64,000 bases of DNA from Selaginella moellendorffii (taxonomy: Eukaryota; Plantae; Lycopodiophyta), in the NCBI RefSeq assembly GCF_000143415.4, contig NW_003314291.1, positions 42,733 through 106,732 of the forward strand, given 5' to 3'. A model generated the notes under the pieces. It was not told the DNA's origin, did not search any database, and saw only the letters and a list, made by a program, of their open reading frames with translations. Both the position numbers and the translations under genes were made by a program. This document shows positions 1 to 11,662 of this stretch, piece by piece; position 1 is the first letter of the stretch, and each line of letters starts with the position of its first letter.

Positions 1-343
1 CCTCAATGCGCGCAGGAGCAAGTGACAAGGACGCGAGGTGAGAGAGTTCCATGTGAAGTGGAAAGGATTTCCACACTGCGAAGCAACATGGGAACCGGAG
101 AAGAACCTAGCGAACGCGCGAGATTTAGTGGAGGAATTTCTGCAAGGCAGAATTCTATGTACTTATGCAAAATTCAATTAAAAGTATCAATTGGTGAAGT
201 TGAGCAATGGCATATGTTGAGACCCGAAGGCGCGCCGAAGGTAAGCTAATTAGCATGGGTTAGCGAGGTCGACCAGGCGTAGGGAGCTACGCCCGACTCC
301 CTGCGGGGATGTCGAATCCGTAGACGTATTCTACGGAGGTTGG

Positions 344-1833
344 TGTAAGCTCCTGAGTTTGGACTTCCCGGGAGGTCACCCAACCCAGTACTATTCAAAC
401 CCAAGGATGCTTAACCCCAACTATCCCAAGACCCTTAACCGATTGGAAAAGAAGGTGCACTCTTGTTCATGGGCCCTTTCCCTCTATATTTGAACCCCAT
501 AGATCGTCTCTCAAGTCGTTCTTTTTGGTTGCTTACAATCCACCACGCTTCCCTGCAAGTTCACGCCCTCGTGAACGGAAGCTGAGAGCCACAGCTCTCC
601 CGAGAGCCCCGCTCTCTTGACACCCTACCCCTCGGGTCGAGCCCAGCGGGAGCAAACTGGACCAGCCAGATGTCAATCAACATGTGGTGCGATTCCCCTA
701 AGCCAACCAACAGAGTCGGACCTGAGACCGGGTCGAGCCCAGCAGGAGCAAACTGGACCAGCCAGATGTCAATCAACATGTGGTGCGATTCCCCTAAGCC
801 AACCAACAGAGTCGGACCTGAGACCGCTCCGATACCAAATGTAAGCTCCTGAATTTGGACTTCCCGGGAGGTCACCCAACCCAGTACTATTCAAACCCAA
901 GGACACTTAACCCCAAGTATCCCAAGACCCTTAACCGATTGGAAAAGGGGGTGCACTCTTATTCATGGGCCCTTTCCCTCTATATTTGAACCCCATGGAT
1001 CGTCTCTCAAGTCGTTCTCTTTGGTTGCTTATAATCCACCACGCTTCCCTGCACGTTCACGCCCTCGTGAATGGAAGCTGAGAGCCACAGCTCTCCCGAG
1101 AGCCCCGCTCTCTTGACACCCTACCCCTCGGGTCGAGCCCAGCGGGAGAAAACTGGACCAACCAGATGTCAATCAACATGTGGTGCGATTCCCCTAAGCT
1201 AACCAACAGAGTCGGACCTGAGACCGCTCTGATACCAAATGTAAGCTCCTGAATTTGGACTTCCCGGGAGGTCACCCAACCCAATACTATTCAAACCCAA
1301 GGACGTTTAACCCCAACTATCCCAAGACCCTTAACCGATTGGAAAAGGGGGTGCACTCTTGTTCATGGGCCCTTTCCCTCTATATTTGAACCTCATGGAT
1401 CGTCTCTCAAGTCATTCTCTTTGGTTGCTTACAATCCACCACGCTTCCCTGCAAGTTCACGCCCTCGTGAACGGAAGCTGAGAGCCACAGCTCTCCCGAG
1501 AGCCCCGCTCTCTTGACACCCTACCCCTCGGGTCGAGCCCAGCGGGAGCAAACTGGACCAGCCAGATGTCAATCAACATGTGGTGCGATTCCCCTAAGCT
1601 AACCAACAGAGTCGGACTCGAGACCGCTCCGATACCAAATGTAAGCTTCTGAATTTGGACTTCCCAGAAGGTCACCCAACCCAGTACTATTCAAACCCAA
1701 GGACACTTAACCCCAAGTATCCCAAGACCCTTAACCAATTGGAAAAGGGGGTGCACTCTTATTTATGGGCCCTTTCCCTCTATATTTGAACCCCATGGAT
1801 CGTCTCTTAAGTCGTTCTCTTTGGTTGCTTATA
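344..1833 (-). mobile_element. Tandem array of Cassandra-type TRIM (4 LTRs + 3 internal domains)
   Basis: 194-bp LTRs at 344-537, 840-1033, 1240-1433 and 1640-1833 with TGTAAGC...GCTTACA/ATA termini. On the - strand there is a tRNA-Met PBS (TGGTATCA/CGGAGC) and a purine-rich PPT (GGGAAGCGTGGTGGAT). LTRs contain 5S rRNA-like A/IE/C-box sequence. 5-bp TSD GTTGG at 339-343 and 1834-1838. Period 400 bp; first unit has a 96-bp internal duplication. Confidence 0.92.
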
Positions 1834-2169
1834 GTTGGGTTCGAGTTCCAACCCCCTAGTAAAGCAAGGCTAGGTTCAAGTCCTGACCCCATACTAGGGC
1901 GTGGTGAAGTGAGGAGTATAGGGACACCTATATTCCGTTGTCATGAGCTCTTGGCCGGGGAGGCTAACTTAGGCACACCGCTAAGTGGGGGGATGCCCCA
2001 GGAGACATGGTCAACAAGTCGTAGGATAAAAAAGAGAGACGTTCGATGTAGGCATCGAACTTCTTCTATAGGTGGTAGAGTTGTAAGGAACCAACTCGCC
2101 GAGGTGTCGTAGGCTAAAGGAACCCCGAAAGCATGACCAAAATGACAAAGAGTTCATCGGATGGGACCA

Positions 2170-2445
2170 AGTCGAAGATCGAGTCCAAGACCGACTCTGA
2201 GACCGAGTTTGAGATAGAGTCCGGAATCGAGTCCGAGGCCGACTCGGGGACCGAGTTCAAGACCAAGTTCGAGACCGAGTTTGAGACGGAGTCCGAGATC
2301 CGAAATCGGGTCCGAGACCGAGTCCGAGGTCGAGTCCGAGGTCGAGTCCGAGATCGGGTCCGAGATCGAGTCCGAAATCGAGTCCGAGACCGAATCCGAA
2401 GTCGGATCCGAAATCAAGTCCGAGATCGAGCTAGAGACTAAGTCC
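2170..2445. repeat. Degenerate 6/12-bp minisatellite (GAGTCC/GAGACC/GAGATC)
   Basis: Repeated CGAGTCCGAGAT-type units; they explain the spurious RVRD/SDSISD ORFs. Confidence 0.85.
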
Positions 2446-3559
2446 AAATACTAATACGGGGGTCAAGGGGTGAAAGCCCAAAGCGTGCGTCTCCCAGGGG
2501 GGGGGGGGGGGGGGGGGGGGGGCCCCTCCCGGGGGTTCCCAAAATTTTTTAGGGATTGGGAAGCCCCGGAATCTTTTTTGAGGGGCCTCCCCCGGGGGGC
2601 TTCCCAACCCATTTTGGGTTGAAACTGGGCCCCGGGGGCCTTGGGGGGGAAGGAACATGGATTTGGTTGGGGCCAAAGGGGCCATCCAAGGAAGTGCTCA
2701 AGAGCAACTTCCACTCTCGAAAGGGAAACTGATTGCAATGCTCCTGGCTCATGTGCAGTGGTGCCCCACTTGAGTACCATGCGGCTCATTGGTCCTCGCC
2801 CTTCCTAGGGGCTTGGGCCTTCCTTCGGGATGGAAGTGGGGGGGTAGAGGTACCCATACCGGGCCGCTAGGACACGGTGTTTCGCCCCGGCATCCCGAAG
2901 CAAGTGTTTCACTCAAGACTTGGGATTTAGAGGGTCCCATGATCAAGTCTTGTGGTACCAAGGGATGTTAGGAACCTGGAAGCTTGGTGTGCTTGGCTGC
3001 TTGTGCTTGCGGGGAGTGTAGCCGAACCTTAAGTCCAGTCTAACCCAGGGAGGGGGATTGGGAGTGATTTGGGAATTCGAGGATGGATGGCTAACACTCC
3101 GTTGCTCGTGCAGTGAGTAGCTGAAACCAAGTAGGAGCTGGTACCATAGGCGAGAACCTTGGCAAGGGAACTTAGCAAAAGCCAAGGCAATGGTGGACGG
3201 ATAGACAAGGTAAGCTGGCAAATTGGAAAGGAAAAATTTGTGGCTTACACTTTTGAGCCTTGTAAACCTCGTCAAGAAAAGGTAAATCTTGCTTTGCACC
3301 TTGTGGATACTAAACATTAAGTACAACAACTGCAAATGGCATGGAATCCTCATCCAAAAAATCTACAAATACTGGAATAATAAGTTCATTAGAAATATGA
3401 GAAGAGAATGAAGAAAGAAGAGGAGCTCAAAAAGGGCATCAACATCAACCATAAAACTCTTTTTTCATGAATGTGATTGTGGCTATCGAAAGTTATCTAT
3501 TGGCTAATCCTTTCAGATATTCTTTCCTTACTGCCACAATAGCAAAAAGTATTGTTGGA

Positions 3560-6500
3560 CCATTTATCAATCCCTCTTGTTTAAGTGTTAGTAAACTTGA
3601 TTTAGCATTTGTACTTAGCCAGACAAGCATAAGGAAGGAATTCTTAAATGTCTATTTAGCCAAGTATACTTAACACGGCTTGTTAGTTTGTTTTTACTCT
3701 ATCTTGCACCGGCTTGACAAGAAACCCCACGAGATTTAGTTTGGTCTCTTAATATTGCTAGATGATAGCTTACTATGTTTGCCAAACACCCTTGCTATCA
3801 TGCCCTTTGTGTTAGTCTTATTCAGTCCTAATTGCTATTTATAGAAAGTGTCTAAATTTGTTAATTTATCATATCTATAGAATGTAAAGATTATCCTAAA
3901 CACAATGGTGTTAGTCTTGTGTCCAAATTTGCAATTTAATGTCATTCCATATATAGTAAGTTTCCAACTTATCCTAAAGACTAACTCTTGGTACTAAGGG
4001 TGACTAGATGTGAAAGCCCAAAGCATACATTCCTCAAGCGGGGGGGGGGAGGGGGGGTGCATATATCTAAATGTATAATAAGGATAGTGGGTAGGTTAGG
4101 GCATAGTTAACCAATCTTAGGTATTGTCTAGCTTGTGTGTCTATCCTTAATCTATGTCTAGCTTGGGTTTAAGCCCAAATTCTACACCATGCTAGCTAGT
4201 GGAGTACCCATCCTCGCATTAGGCTACTAATATACTAAAATAACACTATACTCTGTTTAACTCTATTTTGTATACTAGTCTTGGTATTGGGATGTTGGAT
4301 GCTCTAGGATTATTTTAGCGTCACTCCATGCTCCTGTCCTTTTCCTCATTGGGTTGAACACTCAAGAGTCACTTTGTGCTCCAATTCCTTCGCTTCTTGG
4401 ATGCAAGCTTGGGAGTTTGGCTCCATACCTTCATTCAATGGCCTAAGGTCTTGAAACTCAAGTTCCACTCCATTATCCTTAGATATATGGTATATAGTAT
4501 ATATTTGGCACATAGAGGGTTTAGGTTCTACTTTATAGTTATCATATGGTAAGTCATTATAGGATAAAGGGTGAAAACCACGTAGACTATATTTAGTATT
4601 AAAGGAAGTGAGTACTATCCAATGAGATTGGGCAACTAGTCTCATTACAAACACAAAGATGAAAATGATCTGAGTGGGTCATGTTTGAGTGCTATGACTT
4701 TGCATTTGTTCCTTGGGTATAGATTTTGGTTACCTTTTGTACCATATTATGTGAGTTTGCATTTGGGCTCATAGGATGGATTAAAATGTTGCGTTTGCAC
4801 GAGTTTGTGCTTGGGCTTGTGAATTGAGTCTTAGATGTGGTGATTCACTCCTTGATAAAGTGTTATTTGTAAAGTATTATTGAAGGATTAGTCTCGAACA
4901 CTGAGTAAGGTATTTTCGACTTTAGTTAGCTCAATTGCTAGAAAGCTTTGAGTGGTGATTTACTTTTACTTTCTTTTAGCTTTGTTTTAATGTTAATGGC
5001 ATTGAAGTGATGTTTTGTCGTTAACATTGTTGATATGCCCAAAACTAATATGTGAAATATAACTAAACACAGTTGATTGTCTAATGTAAAAATATAGATA
5101 TTTCACCAAGTCTTAACCTATAAGGGAATGGAATTAAACTTCCAAGCATATAACGAATGAGTAAAAGAAAAGTATGGAACAATATTGGAATAGTCTTAAA
5201 GCATTTTAGTTAAGACTTGTGTGAAATAAGATGTCTTTTGAAGGATTGATATTGAGTTTCATTAATCTTGATAAAGATAATGTTGATGATTTGGCTGTAG
5301 CTTTATGTTAGCATTTGTGTATTGTTAGTTAACAACTGTGTTGGCATTCTAACAAGCTAAGTAGCAAGTTTTAGTTAGTTATGTTCTAAATGAGACTATT
5401 TAGTAGGAGTTGAGCTTTGGCTTTCCCTTGAAATGTGATTTAATCATGGACTATGCTAGCTTTATAAAAGGAAGAGTTAGTGATTAATATTATAATTAGT
5501 GATTCTTTATTGGATTTAAGTTAAAATGTATTGATTATTGATGATTTTTCTTGTGCTTATTATGAAGTGAGTTATGTCTTGCTATAAATGGATTTATGGA
5601 GGATTGGTTGATGATCACTTGTTGAGTATATCTTCATTTTGCTTAATTTTTGAATTGATGTAAATATGTTTTTCATTAGCTTTAGCATTAAGAAGTTTAG
5701 ATTCTACATGTGTTGAGGAGGATATTATGGGTTATACTATAATTCTTTTTTGGCATTGCAGTTGGTTTATGCGAGACTCATGAGCATTGTTAGGTAAGAC
5801 TTGGTTATAAACTTCTTCGAGTTTTTGGTTCTTTAAGTTTTATGCTTATTGTTCCATTTGTTAATTATTGGGGAAGGCATTTTGGCTCATTAGTTTTGAT
5901 ATTGAAGTTAATATTTACATCTAGCAATCATTGGTCATGATTGACTATTATTTATGATAGTTGACTATCCTTATCAAAAGGTTTTGCTATACTATTGTTG
6001 ATATTGAATGATTTACCATTATTCTAGATGATAGATTATTTCTTCAATAATGATTATACATATCTTTATTGATGGGATAATTGAAGATCTTTCATGATGG
6101 TTAATTATTCTCTTTGATAGCTTATGGCTTTTCACATTACCATATGTTCTTTATGGTTTGCTCTAAATTGGTCTTTTGGGTTTGAGATATCAGTAGAATA
6201 TTATTGACACTTACTTGAGAACTTTAATTCCTTAGTATTGTTGACCAAGATATATTCAAATTAGCTAATGCGATAGTTGATATGAACAAATGTTTATTTG
6301 CTTTGCAACATTCATTCTTTTGTTAATTGTTATTACAGTTGGTTCTGATAGATTGGATGCTATTTCCTTTAGGCAATACATTTGTGAGCATTTTTTTTAT
6401 CAATCGATGATACTTTGTGTTCTTTGAGTTGTCTTTTGTAAATTGTTTAGCATGTTATCTATAATCTTTGGTAGTTCAGTTGGTGGTTCTTATACTTTAA

Positions 6501-6840
6501 TACTGGTTTATCGGATGATAACTTACTTAAAATACTTTTGTGTTTTAATCTAAGATTTATTCACTGATAATTAAGTCTCTAAAATATCATTATCTTTGAC
6601 TTTGATATTATCCATCTATTGATCTTTGAATTTGGCCCAATATAAACAGACTAGCTTTAACACTTCATATGCATAATGAAATCTTTAGTCATAGGGTAGC
6701 TACTATCAACTGGTCATATCACCTGCCTCTCTGTCAATGTTTCTTATTCCATTCAAAAAGGCATGACCATATAAACAACTTTAACTACCTACTTATAGTA
6801 GTCTATCTAAACCTTACCAATAGGTTTGGTTTCTTTGTTC
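3560..6840. repeat. Degenerate AT-rich dispersed repeat (probable retroelement remnant)
   Basis: 3560-4000 matches 8078-8500 (direct). 3700-4230, 4380-4470 and 4870-5300 match parts of 54800-56600 in inverted orientation. Confidence 0.7.
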
Positions 6841-6847
6841 ATAAAGG

Positions 6848-7645
6848 TGTAAGCAACCAAAGGGAACGACTCGAGAGACGATCTATAGGGGTTCAAATAT
6901 AGAGGGAAAGGGCCTATGAATAAGAGTGCACCCCCTTTTCCAATCGGTTAAGGGTCTTGGGATATTTGGGGTTAAGCGTCATTGGGTGTGAATAGTACTG
7001 GGCTGGGTAACCTCCCAGGAAGTCCAAACTCAGGAGCTTACATTTGGTATCAGAGGGGTCTCGGGTCCGACTCTGTTGGTTGGCTAAGGGAATCGCACCA
7101 CATGTTGATTGACATCTGGCTGGTCCAGTTTGCTCCCGCTAGGCTCGACCCGAGGGGTAGGGTGTCAAGAGAGCGGGGCTCTCGGGAGAGCTGCGGCTCT
7201 CAGCTTCCGTTCACGAGGGCGTGAACTTGCAAGGAAGCGTGGTGGATTGTAAGCAACCAAAGGGAACGACTCGAGAGACGATCCATAGGGGTTCAAATAT
7301 AGAGGGAAAGAACCCATGAATAAGATGCACCCCCTTTTCCAATCGGTTAAGGGTCTTGGGATATTTGGGGTTAAGCCCCCGCTCTCGAGAGAGCTGCGGC
7401 TCTCAGCTTCCGTTCACGAGGGCGTGAACTTGCAGGGAAGCGTGGTGGATTGTAAGCAACCAAAGGGAACGACTTGAGAGACGATCCATAGGGGTTCAAA
7501 TATAGAGAGAAAGAGCCCATGAATAAGAGTGCACCCCCTTTTCCAATCGGTTAAGGGTCTTGGGATATTTGGGGTTAAGCGTCCTTGGGTGTGAATAGTA
7601 CTGGGCTGGGTGACCTCCTGGGAAGTCCAAACTCAGGAGCTTACA
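6848..7645 (+). mobile_element. Second Cassandra-type TRIM array (LTR-int-deleted LTR/int-LTR)
   Basis: LTRs 6848-7042 and 7451-7645; truncated middle LTR 7248-~7376. PBS TGGTATCAGAG at 7045-7055. TSD AAAGG at 6843-6847 and 7646-7650. Confidence 0.92.
7574..7628 (+). promoter_or_regulatory. 5S rRNA-derived Pol III internal promoter (A-box/IE/C-box) within the LTR; also at 6971-7025 and in each LTR of array 1
   Basis: GTTAAGCGTCCTTGGGTGTGAATAGTACTGGGCTGGGTGACCTCCTGGGAAGTCC versus plant 5S GTTAAGCGTGCTTGGGCGAGAGTAGTACTAGGATGGGTGACCTCCTGGGAAGTCC (5S recalled from memory). Confidence 0.88.
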
Positions 7646-8039
7646 AAAGGTTGGGGCCTTTAGCTTCTCTCTCCATGTCTTTGCGGCTTCTCTCTCCATG
7701 TCTTTGCGGGCAAGGGCATATCACATTTTTGTAAGTTGGGTGATATCCAAAGCAACAAGGGTGGCTAAGTCCATTTGGTCATTTCCTTGTTAATGACAGC
7801 CGAAAGGTGTTTGAGTTGGTAACACATTTGCATTAGACAAAAAAGTTATCTTAACTCATTTAAGTTGTGCATTTCTTACATAATGTGATCACTGTCAACT
7901 TTTTCTAGAGTTTTTTTCTTAGTGGTGGTTTAGATTAGAGTATGCATCGATAAGGACATCAATCTTCCCTAAGGGGGAGAGAGTATTGCGAATGTGATTA
8001 CGGGTATTGAAAGTTACTTATTAGTTAGTCTTTTCGGTT

Positions 8040-8530
8040 ACTACTATGACAATAGGAGGTCCGTAATGTTGGGCTTTTTATTAATCCCTCTTGTTTAAGT
8101 GTTAGTAAACTTGATTTAACATTTATATTTGGTCAAACGAGCATAAGGAATTCCTAAATGTCTATTTAACTAAACATATTTAACCTGGCTTGTTAGTTCT
8201 TTTTTGCTTTATCCTACATTAGCTTGACAAGAAACCTTGTGATATTTAATTTGGTCTTTCAATATTGTTAGATGATAGATTATTGTGTTTGCCAAACACT
8301 CTTGATATCATGCCCTCCTATTCAATTCTAATTTCTATTTATAAAAAGTGTTTAGATTTGTTAATTTAGCATATCTATAAAATATAAAGATTGTCCTAAA
8401 CACACTAGTGTTAATCTCATATCCAAATTCACAATCTAATGCCATTTCATATTTAATAAGTTTCAAACTTATCTTAGAGACTAACTCTTAGTACTAAGGG
8501 TCAAGGTTGTGGGGGGTTTTAAATGTATAA
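8040..8530. repeat. Second copy of the AT-rich dispersed repeat
   Basis: Colinear similarity with 3530-4080. Confidence 0.75.
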
Positions 8531-9199
8531 TAAGCATACACAAAGTTGGCATATGAGGGAAACTTTACCAATGTCAAATGCACTTGCCGCCCAAAAAAAA
8601 AGAGCTCACAACCACTCCTAAATGACATGGGAGCTTATGGCAGCCTCAATAGGCAGCGCTCCAGCAGTATGGTTGGGCTGCACAGCACCCAGCGATAGTG
8701 CTAAGCAGCACTCAAGCAACCTGGGTGATGCTCACAGTGCCCATCACAGCGAGATGAGACTTTGCATGTACTCTCTACCAGCAATCTCAAAATCAAGTTC
8801 AATAAAATCAAGGATCAAGGCTTACATGATTGCTTGGACGTCATCCTGGACAATAGCAAAAGGAAGTGGAGTAGATGTATCCAAGTACTGCTTGCAAATT
8901 GACTTCTTTTGAAAATTTGACATCCTTAATTTTCTGATTAGCTTTTCATGGTGATAAATGTATGATTGGCAACTCTGCATATCAATTTTGTCTTTGAATC
9001 TGCACTCGCACCTGCTGATAGGGCCTAAACTTGCCACCAGGTGGAACTCCCGGTGGCCCATGGGAGCTCCACTACTGTTTAGATTCCTTTCAGCTGAATA
9101 TATATATATATATGGTTTGTTTCATGGATGCAATGTATAATCATTACAAATTACATAATTAAACTCCTTAATTCTCTTGTATAGGTGCAATCGAGGGCG

Positions 9200-10940
9200 A
9201 GTCAAAGTCTCTTCCAGAAACTGATAGATCATGGAAAGTCGGTCAGTTGAATTTTCACGTTCAACAGGATCATATACGTATCATATACGTAGCAAATACG
9301 TAATTGCAATGCGAACAAAACTGTGCTCTAGATTTTCAAAAGTTGTGATATAACCCAAGGACTTCACTCGCAACCCCCCCGCTATATAAATGCACCCCGC
9401 CTCTCCATTCAATCAAACACTGCTCAGCTCTATCCATAGTTAAAGTGCTGCTTTTTGCAATGGCATCCCTTCGTGCTTTCACTGCTTTCTTCTTGTGCAT
9501 GCTCGTTGTTGCAATCGTGGAGCACGCCAATGTGGTGGAAGCTCAGGCAGCGTGTGCAACCCGTCCCTGTTGCGGTCGTCAGGGTGGAGGAGGCCGCTGC
9601 AACCCGGGCCTGTGCTGCAGCCAGTTTGGCTACTGCGGATCGACATCTGATTACTGTGGTGAGGGCTGCCAGCGCGGCTATGGGAGATGCAACTAAATAT
9701 TCCATCTAATGTGCTAGACACCTGCAACATGAAAGTTGCGAATAATATCTAAATAATCACTGGTGTCCTCTATTCTCCTTTTATATATATGGTGTAATGT
9801 TTGCTATGTTACCAAGCTGAACGCATTAAGCATCTCATCCAATGCAATCTCCTTCGTCATGACGCCCAATGCGCTGCAGGTTAGTGTGGTGGATTCCTTC
9901 CACTGCATGGATTGACTTTTTATTCAGGGCTTCAATGTAGAAATCGCAGTGATCTGTTGGGTGCTAAAGCAGCAGCATCCTCTCTTTGCATCGGCTGTTT
10001 TTTTAAGGCAGACTGTAAGAATCTATAATGTTCATGGTCGTAACATGTTATGAGGCACTTGAGCATTGCTATCGCACTAGCTTATCTCTTAGCTGCGTAG
10101 CTAAGAAAGAAGTTGAGTCCAACCAGAAGGACTGGGCTGTGATTCACATAATAAACATTTTGGTTTTACCAAGCAAGGTTGGCTCTATCACTTGTGATGC
10201 ACAGCCGTCTGGGAGCTATATCTAGAGTGGTAGGATTGTAGTTGCAATGGTTTCAATGCCAATATATTTTATTTGATGATATTACTATGACAACAAGAGA
10301 TTGGCGATTGTTCATGGGGCTGATTCAAATTGCCAGGCATAGAACTGACAGGAGTGGATTTACTGGAATACAAGCTTCTTATAAAATTCATACACCGGCA
10401 ATAACGTGCAATAAAAAGGAATCAAGACTCAAGAATCTAACACAAATTCTAGCTTACATCTAGGCCATGATCTTCTTTTGTTTTCCAACTTCAGTTAATA
10501 ACTTGCATTCATCTTTGAGGAATTACAGCTTGCTTTTGAGACTGGAAGGGAGAGCACAGCTCCAAGGCCTAGGAATCCTGTGCTGGTGGCACATGATCCT
10601 GAGCCACCATGGCATGCTCCGCCATTGGAAGGAGAGAATTGCGAACTGGAAGGAGTGCGAGAGAAATAAAAGCTGCAATGGATAACCGTTGAAAAACCAC
10701 ACATCCAACCTTCTAAAGTCTCTACTGCCACAGCTTTATGACCAGACTGGCATCAGTTTTTTGACATTTGAACTTGCTACAGTGGCATCTTGCGGCTGCA
10801 ACGGACAAAAAAAAGAATCAGAAACACAAGAACAAGAAAACAAGGCTAGAAACTGAAAAACAAAACTGGAAACCAAACTTCTATCTTCTACCTTATTTTG
10901 ACAGTGCTTGTTCCATGTGAAGTGTGAAAGTTTAATTACC
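9200..10940 (+). repeat. Segmental duplication unit (paired with ~58640-60680)
   Basis: Colinear high similarity of promoter, hevein CDS and ~1.2 kb of downstream DNA, with indels. Confidence 0.85.
9460..9696 (+). CDS. Secreted hevein-like (CBM18) 10-Cys peptide, copy 1
   Basis: Signal peptide ending VEA|Q; CCSQFGYCG chitin-binding motif; TATATAAA at 9383-9390; intronless. Confidence 0.92.
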   Translation: MASLRAFTAFFLCMLVVAIVEHANVVEAQAACATRPCCGRQGGGGRCNPGLCCSQFGYCGSTSDYCGEGCQRGYGRCN

Positions 10941-10950
10941 CAAATAGCAG

Positions 10951-10996
10951 CACACACACACACACACACACACACACTCTCTCTCTCTCTCTCTCC
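10951..10996. repeat. Compound (CA)n(CT)n microsatellite just upstream of hevein copy 2
   Basis: Seen directly. Confidence 0.95.
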
Positions 10997-11006
10997 AAGT
11001 TTGTGA

Positions 11007-11243
11007 ATGGCATCTGTTCGATTTGGAGCTCTCACTGCTCTCTTCCTGTTCGTGCTCGTTATCGTAATGGCCAGTGTCATGGTGGAAGCTCAGGGAGAGT
11101 GCGCAAACGGGCCGTGTTGCGGTGCTCAGGGTGGCGGAGGCGTCTGCACCTCGACCCTGTGCTGCAGCCAGTTCGGCTTCTGCGGATGGTCGAGTGATTT
11201 CTGTGGAGCGGGCTGCCAGAAGGGATACGGCAGCTGCAACTAA
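11007..11243 (+). CDS. Secreted hevein-like 10-Cys peptide, copy 2 (diverged)
   Basis: Signal peptide; same Cys skeleton; CCSQFGFCGW. Confidence 0.92.
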   Translation: MASVRFGALTALFLFVLVIVMASVMVEAQGECANGPCCGAQGGGGVCTSTLCCSQFGFCGWSSDFCGAGCQKGYGSCN

Positions 11244-11662
11244 CACCAAAGTTTGCCAGAAACTAGTTTCAATCTGTAGCCACTCTCGCCACTCTGGATC
11301 AATAAGTCACATGGCCATGTTTCCATTGATTCCTCAGGAAACAGGCACTTGATCAATTTCCAAATATTACATGTTTTAGTAGATCCATGAAAAAGGGCGA
11401 AAGGTGGTGAATCGAGATTAGGGCTTGTTTGGCCTTTAATACATCTAAAACAACGTTTCTTCTAGAAAACGCCACACTCGCCTTCCAAGACTTTAGTTCA
11501 GAAGCTCTTGAGAAGTTTCTCTTGACTTGATGTCAAACCATCCACGCAACTTTGCCTAGCAACAAAACTGCGCAACTTAGCAAGCGCAAACAGACCCAGA
11601 AAAGAGTCGCAACGAGGAAGAGAGATCCAGAGATGAAGCAAGCCCTGGTAAAGTAAAAGAAA

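Larger units (their letters stand above)
1..3300. mobile_element. GC-rich retroelement-like host sequence interrupted by the Cassandra array
   Basis: The TSD shows 1-343 and 1834 onward were once contiguous. The motif GTGAAAGCCCAAAGC followed by a poly-G at 2470-2522 recurs at ~4010-4057 and inverted at ~54975-55018. No recognisable coding domain. Confidence 0.4.

Noticed and set aside
561-1675. Repeated ORFs (LGESHHMLIDIWLVQF...)
   Set aside because: Translations of the non-coding TRIM internal domain.
344-1833. 5S rDNA array or CRISPR-like array
   Set aside because: Only the central ~55 nt of 5S is present, within LTRs with PBS, PPT and TSD; spacers are repeated, not unique.
2133-2447. 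RD/SD-rich protein
   Set aside because: Artefact of the hexamer minisatellite.
2497-2690. Poly-G G-quadruplex / poly-Pro ORF
   Set aside because: The homopolymer-inflated sequence after the G-run looks like low-quality read data; shorter G-runs occur in sister repeats.
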